This document shows, one piece after another, positions 41,653 through 51,576 of a stretch of DNA of 64,000 nt. The first letter of the stretch is position 1, and each line of letters starts with the position of its first letter. The stretch comes from Rickettsiales bacterium (GTDB lineage: Bacteria > Pseudomonadota > Alphaproteobacteria > Rickettsiales > UBA8987): positions 5,698-69,697 of the forward strand of contig JAHDCD010000001.1 of the NCBI GenBank assembly GCA_020630095.1, in the 5' to 3' direction. The notes beneath the pieces were generated by a model, which was given only the letters and a program-made list of their open reading frames with translations, was not told where the DNA came from and did no database searches. A program made the position numbers and the translations under genes.

Positions 41653-42037
41653 ATCCTCCTTGCGGAATAAAAAACTTTCGTTTTTAGTTTGTTAAAAAAA
41701 ATTAAAATCGAGATTAGAAAGATATTATAGAAATCCATCAGCCTGTTTGATTTGCGTTTGAATTTTAAGTATCTTTTTTCTTCCCTGTTACTAACCACAT
41801 TACTGCATTTGCCGTGCCAGTATTACTCGCTGAAAGGATATTCATAAAAATCAAAAGGATAGGTTTTATACTTTAGGATAGGTACATAAAGGTTAGGTTC
41901 TTGTTTTTACTAAAGATTTTGATTTATAGAGGCTTTTTTATATTTTATGGACAGGTTAGGTTGGATCATATTTATTAGCGTAAATCATGCGTTAATTATT
42001 AATAGACACTGGCTTGGAGTGAGATTATATAGTCATC

Positions 42038-43138
42038 ATGTCTTTTAAGTGTGGAATAGTTGGATTGCCAAATGTTGGTAAATCTACTTTGTTTAATGCG
42101 TTAACTGCGACTTCAAATGCGGATGCGGGTAATTTTCCGTTTTGCACTATTGAGCCTAATACCGGTAAAGTTGCGGTACCAGATGAGCGCTTATATAAAT
42201 TGGCGGATATTGCTACTTCAAAAGAAATCATTCCTAATCAATTAGAGTTTGTTGATATTGCGGGTTTAGTTGCAGGTGCATCTAAAGGTGAAGGTTTAGG
42301 TAATAAATTCTTAAGTCATATTCGGGAAGTGGATATTATTGCCCATGTATTACGTTGTTTTGAGAATGATGATATTACTCATGTTGAAGGACGAGTTAAT
42401 CCGTTAGACGATTTTGAGATTATTCAAACCGAACTTATATTATCTGATTTAGAATCGCTTGAGCGTAGATTGCCAGCATTACAAAAGCGTGCGGTGCAAG
42501 ATAAAGAACTTAAAGCGCAAGCGGAAGTTATGGAAAAGGCGTTGGCTGTTTTACAAGAAGGCAAGCCGTTAACAACATTAGAATTAGATTCAGATGATGA
42601 GCGTAAACTACTGAAGCAGATGCATACTTTAACATCTAAGCCGTTCATGTTTATATGTAATGTTGGCGAAGATGAGGTAGTTGATGGTAATGAGCATGTT
42701 GAGGCTGTTAAGAAATATGCGACTTCAGTTGGTGCGGCGGTATCGTTAATATCTGCACAGATAGAAGAAGAGATAGCTAACTTAGGCGATGAAGGGGAGA
42801 AGGCTGAATTTCTAGAGTCATTAGGCTTGGAAGAAACTGGTTTAGCTAAGATTATTAAGGCAGGTTATGAGCTACTTGGTTTAACTACATTCTATACCGT
42901 TGGCCCTAAGGAGGCGAGAGCATGGATTGTTAGAACGGGTGGTACTGCGCCAAATGCGGCTGGTGCTATTCATACAGATTTTGAGCGTGGCTTTATTAAG
43001 GCAGAAACTATTGCGTTTGCAGATTACGTTGAATTTAAAGGTGAGCAGGGTGCTAAAGAAAATGGTAAGTTTCGTATGGAAGGTAAGGATTATACTGTAC
43101 AAGATGGTGACGTTTTCCACTTTAAATTTAATGTCTAA
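42038..43138 (+). CDS. ychF: Ribosome-binding ATPase YchF
   Basis: GIVGLPNVGKSTLFNALT; DIAGLVAGASKGEGLGN; C-terminal TGS-like ...GKDYTVQDGDVFHFKFNV. Confidence 0.95.
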   Translation: MSFKCGIVGLPNVGKSTLFNALTATSNADAGNFPFCTIEPNTGKVAVPDERLYKLADIATSKEIIPNQLEFVDIAGLVAGASKGEGLGNKFLSHIREVDIIAHVLRCFENDDITHVEGRVNPLDDFEIIQTELILSDLESLERRLPALQKRAVQDKELKAQAEVMEKALAVLQEGKPLTTLELDSDDERKLLKQMHTLTSKPFMFICNVGEDEVVDGNEHVEAVKKYATSVGAAVSLISAQIEEEIANLGDEGEKAEFLESLGLEETGLAKIIKAGYELLGLTTFYTVGPKEARAWIVRTGGTAPNAAGAIHTDFERGFIKAETIAFADYVEFKGEQGAKENGKFRMEGKDYTVQDGDVFHFKFNV

Positions 43139-44184
43139 GCACTTTTTCTAATAATATTATCTAACTCTATTAAGTCTTCTATTGAGTTGGCCTTGTGGTT
43201 TAGGTGCTTTTCTAGGGATTTTTCAACGAAAGTAAAAATTTGGGTGAAGGTTAGTTCATCGTTTAAGTATTTTTCAACGGCGATTTCATTTGCAGCATTC
43301 AAAACGGCGCAAGCGGAACTTCCTGCTTCTATAGCATCGTAAGCCATTTGAATTGATGGGAATTTGTTTAAATCTGGCTCGTAGAAGTTTAGTGATTTTT
43401 GAAAGGCAAGGTCAAGGCTTGGCATAGGATAATTATTAACGCCTAGAACGTTGGCAATCGGAATGCGCATATCTGGTGCGTATAAGCCACTTATGGACAT
43501 GCCGTCAGCATATTCAACAATGGAATGGATAACAGATTCAGGGTGAATAAGAACTTTAGGTGTAATGCCAAATAGATAATGCGTTTCGATTATCTCTAGC
43601 GCCTTATTAAAGCAAGTTGCGCTATCTACAGAGATTTTAGCGCCCATGTGCCAGTTAGGGTGTTTTATGGCGCGCTCTTTAGGGAAGTCTATTAATTTAG
43701 GTTCATTAAAGAATGGGCCGCCGGAAGCGGTGATAGTTAAGTTTTTTACTTCGCGGGTAGTATCTAGTGTTTGATAGATTGAGTTATGTTCGGAATCTAT
43801 TGGTAGGATTTCGCAATTATGTTTTTTAGCTTCATTTAAGAAATAATTACCTGCAACTACTATACTTTCCTTGTTGGCTAGGCCTAATTGTTTTGATGTT
43901 TTTAGTGCTTGTAAAGCTGGCTTTAAACCTGCAATTCCTGTTATGGCGCAGATGGTTATATCTATTTCTTGATTAAGAAGTTCGGTTAAGGCTTGCTCGC
44001 CATCTTCAGAAATTAGAACAGTATTTTTACAATTAAGTTCTTCTGCTTGGCTTTGTAACTTGGTTTTATTTTTATTGGCAACTAAGCCAATAACTTCGAA
44101 AGCTTTGGACTGAGATTTAATTACTTTTATTGTATTCTCTCCAATTGTGCCCGTAGAGCCTAATATTACAACTTTCTTTACCAC
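43135..44184 (-). CDS. dxr: 1-deoxy-D-xylulose-5-phosphate reductoisomerase (shorter than typical, 349 aa)
   Basis: ILGSTGTIGENTIKVI; LANKESIVVAG; PIDSEHNSIYQ; HPNWHMGAKISVDSAT. Confidence 0.88.
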   Translation of the reverse strand: MVKKVVILGSTGTIGENTIKVIKSQSKAFEVIGLVANKNKTKLQSQAEELNCKNTVLISEDGEQALTELLNQEIDITICAITGIAGLKPALQALKTSKQLGLANKESIVVAGNYFLNEAKKHNCEILPIDSEHNSIYQTLDTTREVKNLTITASGGPFFNEPKLIDFPKERAIKHPNWHMGAKISVDSATCFNKALEIIETHYLFGITPKVLIHPESVIHSIVEYADGMSISGLYAPDMRIPIANVLGVNNYPMPSLDLAFQKSLNFYEPDLNKFPSIQMAYDAIEAGSSACAVLNAANEIAVEKYLNDELTFTQIFTFVEKSLEKHLNHKANSIEDLIELDNIIRKSA

Positions 44185-44253
44185 GAGTGTATTACTAACA
44201 ATTAGTGAATCTAAAGCAAGATTTATAGGTTATAAAGAGAGGTGTTTATATTG

Positions 44254-44301
44254 GTAGTAAATCTGGATATCTGGAAATTTCCAGATATCCAGATTTACTA
44301 C
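44254..44301. promoter_or_regulatory. Perfect 48-bp palindrome between dxr and the divergent arsR-like gene; it abuts a TTGACA box; candidate operator
   Basis: GTAGTAAATCTGGATATCTGGAAA|TTTCCAGATATCCAGATTTACTAC, followed immediately by TTGACA (44302-44307). Confidence 0.55.
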
Positions 44302-44332
44302 TTGACATGGTATGCTTTTGGAAGGTATCTGA

Positions 44333-44623
44333 ATGAATATGAATAAGATAGTTAGCAATGTTGATGAGCTGGACTTTTTGGAACAGAAATTTAAAGGGCT
44401 TGCTTCTAGGCATAGAGTTAAAATATTGATATATCTTAGTTCTGGTGAAAAATCATTGCCAGAAATTATTGAGCATCTAAAGCCTTTGAATTCAAAAACA
44501 ATATTTGAGCATGTTTCTAAGTTAAAGAAATATGGCATTATTAAAAATAGGCGAACTTCTATAAATACAATATATAAGATAAGTGATGATACCGCCTTAT
44601 CTTTCTTGGAAGGGTATAAATAG
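44333..44623 (+). CDS. ArsR/SmtB-family winged-helix regulator (paralogue 3)
   Basis: LASRHRVKILIYLSSGEKSLPEIIEHLKPLNSKTIFEHVSKLKKYGII; its stop directly abuts the bioD start. Confidence 0.65.
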   Translation: MNMNKIVSNVDELDFLEQKFKGLASRHRVKILIYLSSGEKSLPEIIEHLKPLNSKTIFEHVSKLKKYGIIKNRRTSINTIYKISDDTALSFLEGYK

Positions 44624-45265
44624 ATGCAAAAGAGAATTTTTATAACTTCAGTGGGTACAGAGATTGGTAAAACGTATGTTACCTGCTTAGAGGTTGCGCA
44701 TTTGTTGGAGCAAGGAATTGATGCTATTGCGGTTAAGCCGGTTATATCTGGATATGAAGAATATGAACACACTGATTTAACTGAACTTTTAAAATCCCAA
44801 AATCCCAAAATCCCAAAATCTCAAGGTTTGAAGTATGTTGATGATATAAGTTTATTCAAATTTAAAGAGCCTGTTTCGCCAGATATTGCTGCAAAAATGG
44901 AAAATGCGGAAGCTGCGAATGTAAAAGATATTAAGCGATATATTGATGATTTGGATAATGATGTAGTTTTAATTGAAGGTGTTGGTGGTTTATGTGTACC
45001 TTTGAATGATGATGAAACTACTCTTGATTTGATTAAGGCGTTAAATTGTGATGAAATTTGGCTAGTTAGTTCAAATTATTTGGGTGCGCTAAGTCATACT
45101 ATTTCTGCGGTTAAGAATCTGCCTGAAATTAGTAAAATTATAATTTCACAGAATGTGAGTGATATATCTGTAGATTTAGGAAGCTTCGTAGATTCGCTTA
45201 AAAATCATATAAATAAGCCTGTTTTTACCGTTAAAAGAGGCGGTTATTCTATTGACAAAGCATAA
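44624..45265 (+). CDS. bioD: Dethiobiotin synthetase
   Basis: P-loop ITSVGTEIGKTYVT; VKPVISG; IEGVGGLCVPL. Confidence 0.8.
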   Translation: MQKRIFITSVGTEIGKTYVTCLEVAHLLEQGIDAIAVKPVISGYEEYEHTDLTELLKSQNPKIPKSQGLKYVDDISLFKFKEPVSPDIAAKMENAEAANVKDIKRYIDDLDNDVVLIEGVGGLCVPLNDDETTLDLIKALNCDEIWLVSSNYLGALSHTISAVKNLPEISKIIISQNVSDISVDLGSFVDSLKNHINKPVFTVKRGGYSIDKA

Positions 45266-45305
45266 GCTAGCTGTAGTTTGTATAGGTAATTCAAGTAGAA
45301 TTAAC

Positions 45306-45785
45306 ATGTTAAAAAACTTATGTAGAGCATCACTTCTTTCAGCGATTTTATTCACTGCGCAATTATCAAATGCGCGACAGCTTACAATTGAACAATTAAA
45401 AGCTCCAGACTTTGGCACACTTGTAATACCTATGAAAGGTAGTGAGTATGTTATACTTACGCCATCTTCGGATATTGGTGGTACAGGTACGGTTTTATCT
45501 CAGCCTCAGGCGGGTATTTATAATATAGTTTCTAATAAAGCGATTGTTGCGAATATTGATGTTCAAAACCCTTCTTCGGGTGTTGAAAGTGCATCACTTC
45601 GTGACTTTAAAGGTATTTTTATTGCTGAGGATGGTGAAGAGCGTAAGCTTAGTTTTCCGAATGTAATTGAGATTCCAGAAGGTGTTAGCCAGTTGAAATT
45701 AGGTTTTACGCTTGATTATAGCTACAAAATTAAGGGTGAGATTCAGAATGTTGAGCCTGTTTTTGACATTGTAATCGAAGAATAG
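45306..45785 (+). CDS. Secreted DUF4402-like protein, distant paralogue 3 (start moved to the internal Met that gives a signal peptide)
   Basis: MLKNLCRASLLSAILFTAQLSNA signal peptide; APDFGTLVIP (compare l.FG.i); size and beta-rich pattern similar to 40428 and 41119. Confidence 0.4.
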   Translation: MLKNLCRASLLSAILFTAQLSNARQLTIEQLKAPDFGTLVIPMKGSEYVILTPSSDIGGTGTVLSQPQAGIYNIVSNKAIVANIDVQNPSSGVESASLRDFKGIFIAEDGEERKLSFPNVIEIPEGVSQLKLGFTLDYSYKIKGEIQNVEPVFDIVIEE

Positions 45786-45799
45786 TACAACGATAGCCG

Positions 45800-47305
45800 A
45801 TGAGGATTGAATTCGGTAAATCTACAAACTCAAAGAATATTAATGAGAATGTTAAGTTTTTGGTTGAGCAAGCTAGGACTTGCGATGCGGATATTTTAGT
45901 ATTTCCAGAATGTTATATAAATGGATATCCGATTGATGATTTAGCGATTCATGAAGGATATGTTAAGCAATCTGAAGAGGCTGTTGAGCGCGTAGTTGAA
46001 GCTTCTACGAAGTTTGATGTTGCGGTAGTATTTGGTGCGATAACTGAATTTGATGCCAAGGTTAAGAAGTCTAGAAATTCGTTAATTTTTGTACAAGGTG
46101 GAAAGTTAATCCATAAGCAAAGCAAATATGCGCTGGCGGATTATGGTGTTTTTTATGAACAAAGAACATTTATACCTGCGCGTAAGAAGCCTGAGCCTAT
46201 TGAATATAAAGGTAAGAAGTTGGGCTTTTTAATTTGTGAGTCTTTATGGTTTGAAGAGTCGTATGAGAATTTAAAAGGGGCGGATGTTATAATATCTATA
46301 AATGCTTCGCCGTTTACGGTTAATAAAACTGAGCAACGTTTGGAGGTTGCTAAAAAGGTTGGTGTTCCGGTTATATATTGTAATCAATTTGGTGCATCGG
46401 ACGGTCTAGTATTTGATGGCGAGAATTTTGAGATAGACGCTAAAGGTAATTATGTTCGTTATGAAAATCAGCTTTTAATGGATTATACGGATAAGTATGG
46501 TTCGATTTTAGAAGCGGTAATATTTGCTACGGCGCAATATTTTGAGCGTTGTGGGGTAAGCAAGGCATTACTGGGTTTATCTGGCGGTATAGATTCCGCA
46601 CTTGTTATGTATATTGCGGTTAAGGCTCTGGGTGCTAAGAATGTATCAACTTATATGTTATCAACTCAATATACATCGCAAACTAGCTTTGATGATGCGA
46701 AAGATTTGGCGGATAATTTAAATTGTACGCATGAGATTATAAATATTGAGCCTATGGTTGAAAGTTATCATGATTCGCTGGGTAGTTTTGGTGAGATTGG
46801 TGATCAGAATATTCAAAGCCGCGTGCGTGGTGTTATTCTTATGGCGCTATCTAATAAGAGTGGTGCATTTTTGCTATCTACTGGTAATAAGTCTGAAATG
46901 GCGGTTGGCTATGCTACGCTTTATGGTGATATGAATGGCGCATTTAACCCCTTGAAAGATATATATAAAACAGATGTTTATGAGCTCTGTAGGTATATAA
47001 ATAAGAAAGAGGGTAATGAAGTTATTCCTGTATCTATAATTAATAAAGAGCCATCGGCAGAATTGAAGGATGACCAGAAAGATTCGGATAATTTACCTGG
47101 ATATGATGTGCTGGATGCTATACTTAAGGAGTTAATTGATAATCGTAAAATGCCGAGTGAATTATACCCTGAATTTACAGATAAAACTGTGGATAGGGTT
47201 TATAAGATGTTGAAAAACTCTGAGTTTAAACGTTATCAAGCAACTAAAGGTACAATAATATCGGATACGCCACTAGATAGGGCTTGGATGTATCAGGTTA
47301 ATTAA
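45800..47305 (+). CDS. nadE: Glutamine-dependent NAD+ synthetase (CN-hydrolase domain plus NAD synthase domain)
   Basis: ADILVFPECYINGYP; FLICESLW; PP-loop GLSGGIDSALV; NKSEMAVGYATLYGD. Confidence 0.85.
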   Translation: MRIEFGKSTNSKNINENVKFLVEQARTCDADILVFPECYINGYPIDDLAIHEGYVKQSEEAVERVVEASTKFDVAVVFGAITEFDAKVKKSRNSLIFVQGGKLIHKQSKYALADYGVFYEQRTFIPARKKPEPIEYKGKKLGFLICESLWFEESYENLKGADVIISINASPFTVNKTEQRLEVAKKVGVPVIYCNQFGASDGLVFDGENFEIDAKGNYVRYENQLLMDYTDKYGSILEAVIFATAQYFERCGVSKALLGLSGGIDSALVMYIAVKALGAKNVSTYMLSTQYTSQTSFDDAKDLADNLNCTHEIINIEPMVESYHDSLGSFGEIGDQNIQSRVRGVILMALSNKSGAFLLSTGNKSEMAVGYATLYGDMNGAFNPLKDIYKTDVYELCRYINKKEGNEVIPVSIINKEPSAELKDDQKDSDNLPGYDVLDAILKELIDNRKMPSELYPEFTDKTVDRVYKMLKNSEFKRYQATKGTIISDTPLDRAWMYQVN

Positions 47306-49061
47306 CTTGGATTTGCTTTAGTTCTTCAAGTTTAGCTTCCCAGCCAGTTTCTTTTTTATCTTTAACCGCTTCAATTGCTTTTTCTAGCTCGTATGCGGCT
47401 TCTTTCAGTCTGCCAACTTCTTTATAGGCAAGCGCTAAATGCTCAGTAATTGTAGGGTCGTAAGGCATAATGCGAGCGGCTTCTTCTAGGTACTTAACTG
47501 CGTTTTTAAATTCGCCAGTTTTGTATAATGCCCAGCCGAAACTATCTAATATATGAGGGCTGTTAGGGCGCATAGCAACAGCCTTAACTAGCATTTCTTT
47601 TGCGCGGTCGAATTCTTTACCACGAACAATCCATGAATATGCAAGGTAGTTTAGAATAAATGCGTTATCGCCGCCTAGCTCAAGAGCTTTTAAAAGGTCA
47701 GCTTCTGCGTTGTCCCAATCATCCTTTTTCTCGTAGGCTATGCCGCGCGAGTAGTAATATTTCCATACGTCAAAAACATCTTTATCGATGAATTTTGAGT
47801 ATATTTTTATCGCTTTATCATAATGTTTAGTGCCTAAATATTTATCGGCCAAAATGCCGTAAGCGGATTTATGTTTAAAGCCATCAATATTGCTTTCTAA
47901 GAATTTAGCAGCCTCTTCCATGCCATCTAACTCTTGGATGTTGGTTGCTTTTAGAATAAGAGAATTTTCGTATCTATCTGAACTTTTGGATACTTTTGAC
48001 AAATAGTCACTAGAGCGTTCATAATCTTTTATTTTTGCATATACTTGACCTAGTAAGAATAAAGATGGGTTATATTTAGGCTCTAGATATAGGGCAATAT
48101 TTAGAAAGTTAATTGAAGTTTCTAAGTAATCGTAAGAGTAAAATAGAAGTGCTTGGTATTGTAGGAATTCAACTAAGGCCAGCCTTGATCTGTCAGTTTC
48201 ATTTAACTCTAGCAGGGTTTTTTGATCTTTCTGAGTTAAAGAAATATCGGGAAAGCGCTGGTTAAAAGTATCAATTGTTGCATCAATTCTATGTTGATTA
48301 TCAGTTAGTTCATAGAATTTAAGGGCTGTATTTAATAAGCGAATATGAGATGCAGAGATAGGGATTGCATTGAAATTCATTTCCGCAGTGTCGTAATCTT
48401 TAGCGAAGTAGTTAATGATACCTTTTTGATAATTAAAGAAGTCTTCGTTAGCTTTGAAGGATATCTCTTGTAGTAGGGCAACTGCGCCGGCTTTGTCGCC
48501 ATCTAGCTGTTCATTAAGTGATGCTATGAAAATTGCGATATCAGTGTAAAGGTTGGCATTTTCAACGCCACCATAAATAAAGTTTTCTTTTGATGCTTCG
48601 CGTTTTAGTGCATCTGTGTTGTTACGTTTTAAAGCATCTACAGTGATTAGGATTTTAGCTAGCTGTTTTAGTTCAATAAATTCTTCTTGCTCAAAATCTT
48701 TATTCTCATTTCTAGTTAGGAATACGCGGGAATCGTCAATTGCTTGTTCAATGTTTCCACTAGATATGTTTGAAAGTAGAAGTTTTAGTGCGTAGCTAGA
48801 ATTTTGTGTGTAGGTTTCTTCATTTACGTTTGAAAGTTTTGTTAAGCTTATATCTTTGCGGTAGTTTTTATCTGCGTATAAAGAGCTTAAATAATTTCCA
48901 GAGAATGAATTTGTGCCGTCATCTGTTTGGCTTGTAGAATTGCTGTTTTGAGCGTGAGATATATTGGCTCTATCAGTTTCGTTAGTTGATGGTTTGAAGG
49001 TAAGGTAAAGACTTACGCCAACTAGCCAAATTATTGCTAATATTAATATTAGTTTTTTCAT
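47298..49061 (-). CDS. Membrane-anchored or secreted tetratricopeptide-repeat protein
   Basis: N-terminal hydrophobic helix. Multiple TPR units in the C-terminal half (e.g. WDNAEADLLKALELGGDNAFILNYLAYSW, FKNAVKYLEEAARIMPYDP). Confidence 0.7.
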   Translation of the reverse strand: MKKLILILAIIWLVGVSLYLTFKPSTNETDRANISHAQNSNSTSQTDDGTNSFSGNYLSSLYADKNYRKDISLTKLSNVNEETYTQNSSYALKLLLSNISSGNIEQAIDDSRVFLTRNENKDFEQEEFIELKQLAKILITVDALKRNNTDALKREASKENFIYGGVENANLYTDIAIFIASLNEQLDGDKAGAVALLQEISFKANEDFFNYQKGIINYFAKDYDTAEMNFNAIPISASHIRLLNTALKFYELTDNQHRIDATIDTFNQRFPDISLTQKDQKTLLELNETDRSRLALVEFLQYQALLFYSYDYLETSINFLNIALYLEPKYNPSLFLLGQVYAKIKDYERSSDYLSKVSKSSDRYENSLILKATNIQELDGMEEAAKFLESNIDGFKHKSAYGILADKYLGTKHYDKAIKIYSKFIDKDVFDVWKYYYSRGIAYEKKDDWDNAEADLLKALELGGDNAFILNYLAYSWIVRGKEFDRAKEMLVKAVAMRPNSPHILDSFGWALYKTGEFKNAVKYLEEAARIMPYDPTITEHLALAYKEVGRLKEAAYELEKAIEAVKDKKETGWEAKLEELKQIQVN

Positions 49062-49100
49062 GATAACTAAAACCTATAAACAGTTTTAGTTATAGCAATA

Positions 49101-50312
49101 CTAAACAGCACTGCGCTTTCTAATATATGAGGCGATTCCGTTTAAAATCACTAAAAATACAATTAGAACTATGATTGCTGCAGAGGTTTTCTCTTGGAAG
49201 CCCATCTCCGGAGCGTCCGCCCATAGGTAGATTTGAACTGGAAGGCTTGTTGTGGCTTCATTTATGCCGGAGGCTATTGATGGTACAAACGCAACCATGC
49301 CAACCATTAGTAATGGTGCAGTTTCACCTAGTGCGCGGGCGATTGCTAGAATGGCACCGGTCATGATGCCGGAAAAGCTTATTGGTAGCGTATGGTGTAG
49401 TAGCACTTGCATTTTTGATGCGCCAAGGCCGATTGCGGCTTGTTTAATTGATGGCTGAACAGATTTTAATGCTGAGCGCGCTGAAATTATAATTGTGGGC
49501 ATAACAAGTATTGCCAAGGTTAAGCCGCCCACTAGCGCGCTTGAGCGTGTTAGGCCGAGTACGTTACCGGTTTCGCCAAGGAATATGTATAGTCCAAGTA
49601 AGCCGTAAACTATAGATGGTACGGCGGCGAGGTTGTTAATTATAACCTCTAAGAAGTCTGTGAAGCGGTTCTTTTTTGCAATTTCTTCTAGGTATATTGC
49701 TGCACCAACTGCAATAGGAAATGCTGCTAACATGCAGATAAATATAGAGAAAAGCGTTCCAACTAGTGCACCTAATATACCGGCCTTTTCTGGCTTTCTA
49801 GATGTTGCATTTTTAAAGAATGACCAGTTAAATACGGCTTTTAAGCGTTTATCGTCTTTTAGTTGTTTTATTTTGTCTTTAACTTCTTGGGTAATGCGGG
49901 TGCTATTTTTGGGTAGTTTACCTTTTAAATACATATCAACATCGGAAGATGCTGAAACCCATGCAAGATGTTGTGGTTTGTTAAGTTCAATTTCATTTTT
50001 TGAATTTCGGCTAACAAGTTTGAAGAAGGTTTTTGCCTTTTCTATTTTGAAATATTCTTTGTAGGCATCTTTAACGGGTGTGGTTGAGCCTTTTTCTAGG
50101 CCGATTGTGTTAACTTCAAATGCTATGATTGTTTTGTTAAATGCGCTTAGGCCGCCAGATAAGATTCTGAAGAAAAGAATAGTTAAGAAAAACAAGGCAA
50201 CTAGTAGAGAGAGTTTTCCCATTAGTTTGAATCTAGATTCTGAATTGCTGCGTTTTTTCTTTAGCGGTGTAAGTTCAGATAGATTGGTTGTTCTTTGTAG
50301 TTTTTTACTCAT
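49101..50312 (-). CDS. pstA: Phosphate ABC transporter permease PstA
   Basis: EAA-type loop AAIGLGASKMQVLLHHTLPISFSGIMTGAILAIARALGETAPLL; 8-nt overlap with pstC. Confidence 0.85.
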   Translation of the reverse strand: MSKKLQRTTNLSELTPLKKKRSNSESRFKLMGKLSLLVALFFLTILFFRILSGGLSAFNKTIIAFEVNTIGLEKGSTTPVKDAYKEYFKIEKAKTFFKLVSRNSKNEIELNKPQHLAWVSASSDVDMYLKGKLPKNSTRITQEVKDKIKQLKDDKRLKAVFNWSFFKNATSRKPEKAGILGALVGTLFSIFICMLAAFPIAVGAAIYLEEIAKKNRFTDFLEVIINNLAAVPSIVYGLLGLYIFLGETGNVLGLTRSSALVGGLTLAILVMPTIIISARSALKSVQPSIKQAAIGLGASKMQVLLHHTLPISFSGIMTGAILAIARALGETAPLLMVGMVAFVPSIASGINEATTSLPVQIYLWADAPEMGFQEKTSAAIIVLIVFLVILNGIASYIRKRSAV

Positions 50313-51276
50313 AAGCCTCTCTGTATTTTTTAACTATAGAAATTGCTACAAAGTTTATAATTAAGGTTATGAAAAATAATGATAATGCCAATGCGAAGGC
50401 AGAGAGCGTTTTTGCGTTATCAAATTCAGTGTCGCCGGTTAAAAGTGTTACAATTTGAACTGTCATTGTAGTTACTGCTTCAAACGGGTTAAGCGTTAGA
50501 TTTGCAGCTGTGCCGGCGGCCATTACTACAATCATTGTTTCGCCGATTGCGCGTGAAATGGCAAGTAGTACAGAGCCCATAATTCCGGGAAGGGCGGCAG
50601 GAATAACTACTTTCTTAATGCTTTCAGATTTTGTTGAGCCTAAGCCAATTGATGCTTCACGTAAGTTATGCGGAACTGCTTGGATGATGTCTTCAGAAAG
50701 ACTCATCACTAGTGGGATAATCATTATGCCCATTACTATACCGGCAGTTAATGCAGACTCCAGCGCGATGGAGAATCCGAAATATTCGGCAAGGTCTTTT
50801 AAGAATGGTGCGAATGCGGTGGCGGCGAAGAAGCCGTATACTACAGTTGGTACACCAGCTAGAATTTCAAGTATTGGTTTAACTATATTTTTGAAGCGCT
50901 TAGTTGAGTATTCGGATAAGTAAATTGCGCTCATTAACCCGAGTGGTACAGCTATTAACATGGCAATTAATGTTATAAGCAATGTGCCGGTTAATACTGG
51001 TAGTAGCGCGAAATGCTCCATTGATTGTGGAGACCATTTTGTGCCGAATAGGAAATTTGTGAACGGAATTTTTTGAAAAAAGCGTAGGCTTTCGGAGAGT
51101 AATGAGATTATAATCAAGCCTGCGATGGCGATGGCAAAAAATCCACAAATTACAAATAGATATTTTAGAATTTTGTCTAAAACTTTAAGCTGAGACTTAT
51201 TAGCACGCGAATATATATGGTTGAAGATGGTTACTAAAACTACAAGTGAAAATAGTATGAGCGTTAGTGTTAGCAT
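50305..51276 (-). CDS. pstC: Phosphate ABC transporter permease PstC
   Basis: EASIGLGSTKSESIKKVVIPAALPGIMGSVLLAISRAIGETMIV; six or more TM helices. Confidence 0.85.
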   Translation of the reverse strand: MLTLTLILFSLVVLVTIFNHIYSRANKSQLKVLDKILKYLFVICGFFAIAIAGLIIISLLSESLRFFQKIPFTNFLFGTKWSPQSMEHFALLPVLTGTLLITLIAMLIAVPLGLMSAIYLSEYSTKRFKNIVKPILEILAGVPTVVYGFFAATAFAPFLKDLAEYFGFSIALESALTAGIVMGIMIIPLVMSLSEDIIQAVPHNLREASIGLGSTKSESIKKVVIPAALPGIMGSVLLAISRAIGETMIVVMAAGTAANLTLNPFEAVTTMTVQIVTLLTGDTEFDNAKTLSAFALALSLFFITLIINFVAISIVKKYREAYE

Positions 51277-51363
51277 TGTTTTTTAATAACCGACTGAAAA
51301 AGCTTGATTTTTCAAGTTTTATGGTTATGTTAATATCTGTATAGTAACTGATTTCAAGTAGAT

Positions 51364-51576
51364 ATGTTATATTTATCAAGAAAAGTTGGTGAGTCCATTA
51401 TTATTAATGATGATATCACCCTTACCCTTGTTGAGGTAAAAGGCAAGACCGCTAAATTGGGTTTTGAGTTCCCCCCTTCTGCAAAAATTCTTCGTGAAGA
51501 ATTGTATGAAAAAATGCAAGCGGAAGAGAGTACTGGCTCTAGTGATTCAACTTCAGAAACAGATAAGCCTGCTTAA
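51364..51576 (+). CDS. csrA: Carbon storage regulator CsrA (RNA-binding translational regulator)
   Basis: MLYLSRKVGESIIINDDITLTLVEVKGKTAKLGFEFPPSAKILREELY matches the CsrA consensus (MLiLtRkvgEsi.Igddi...v..v.g..vrlGi.AP..v.i.ReE). Confidence 0.85.
   Translation: MLYLSRKVGESIIINDDITLTLVEVKGKTAKLGFEFPPSAKILREELYEKMQAEESTGSSDSTSETDKPA

Noticed and set aside
43135-44184. Short Dxr (349 aa vs ~390-400 typical) as a possible pseudogene
   Set aside because: The N-terminal NADPH motif, the catalytic DSEH and HPNW blocks and an uninterrupted frame are all present. The shortness may reflect lineage-specific trimming and cannot be called decay from sequence alone.
44230-44808. 192-aa minus-strand ORF overlapping the arsR-like gene and bioD
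   Set aside because: It overlaps two well-supported plus-strand genes and spans the 48-bp palindrome. Its composition is typical of an antisense artefact.
49101-51276. pstC-pstA without adjacent pstS or pstB, as a sign of operon decay
   Set aside because: Both permease genes look intact. Split pst loci occur in reduced genomes, and this cannot be judged without the rest of the genome.
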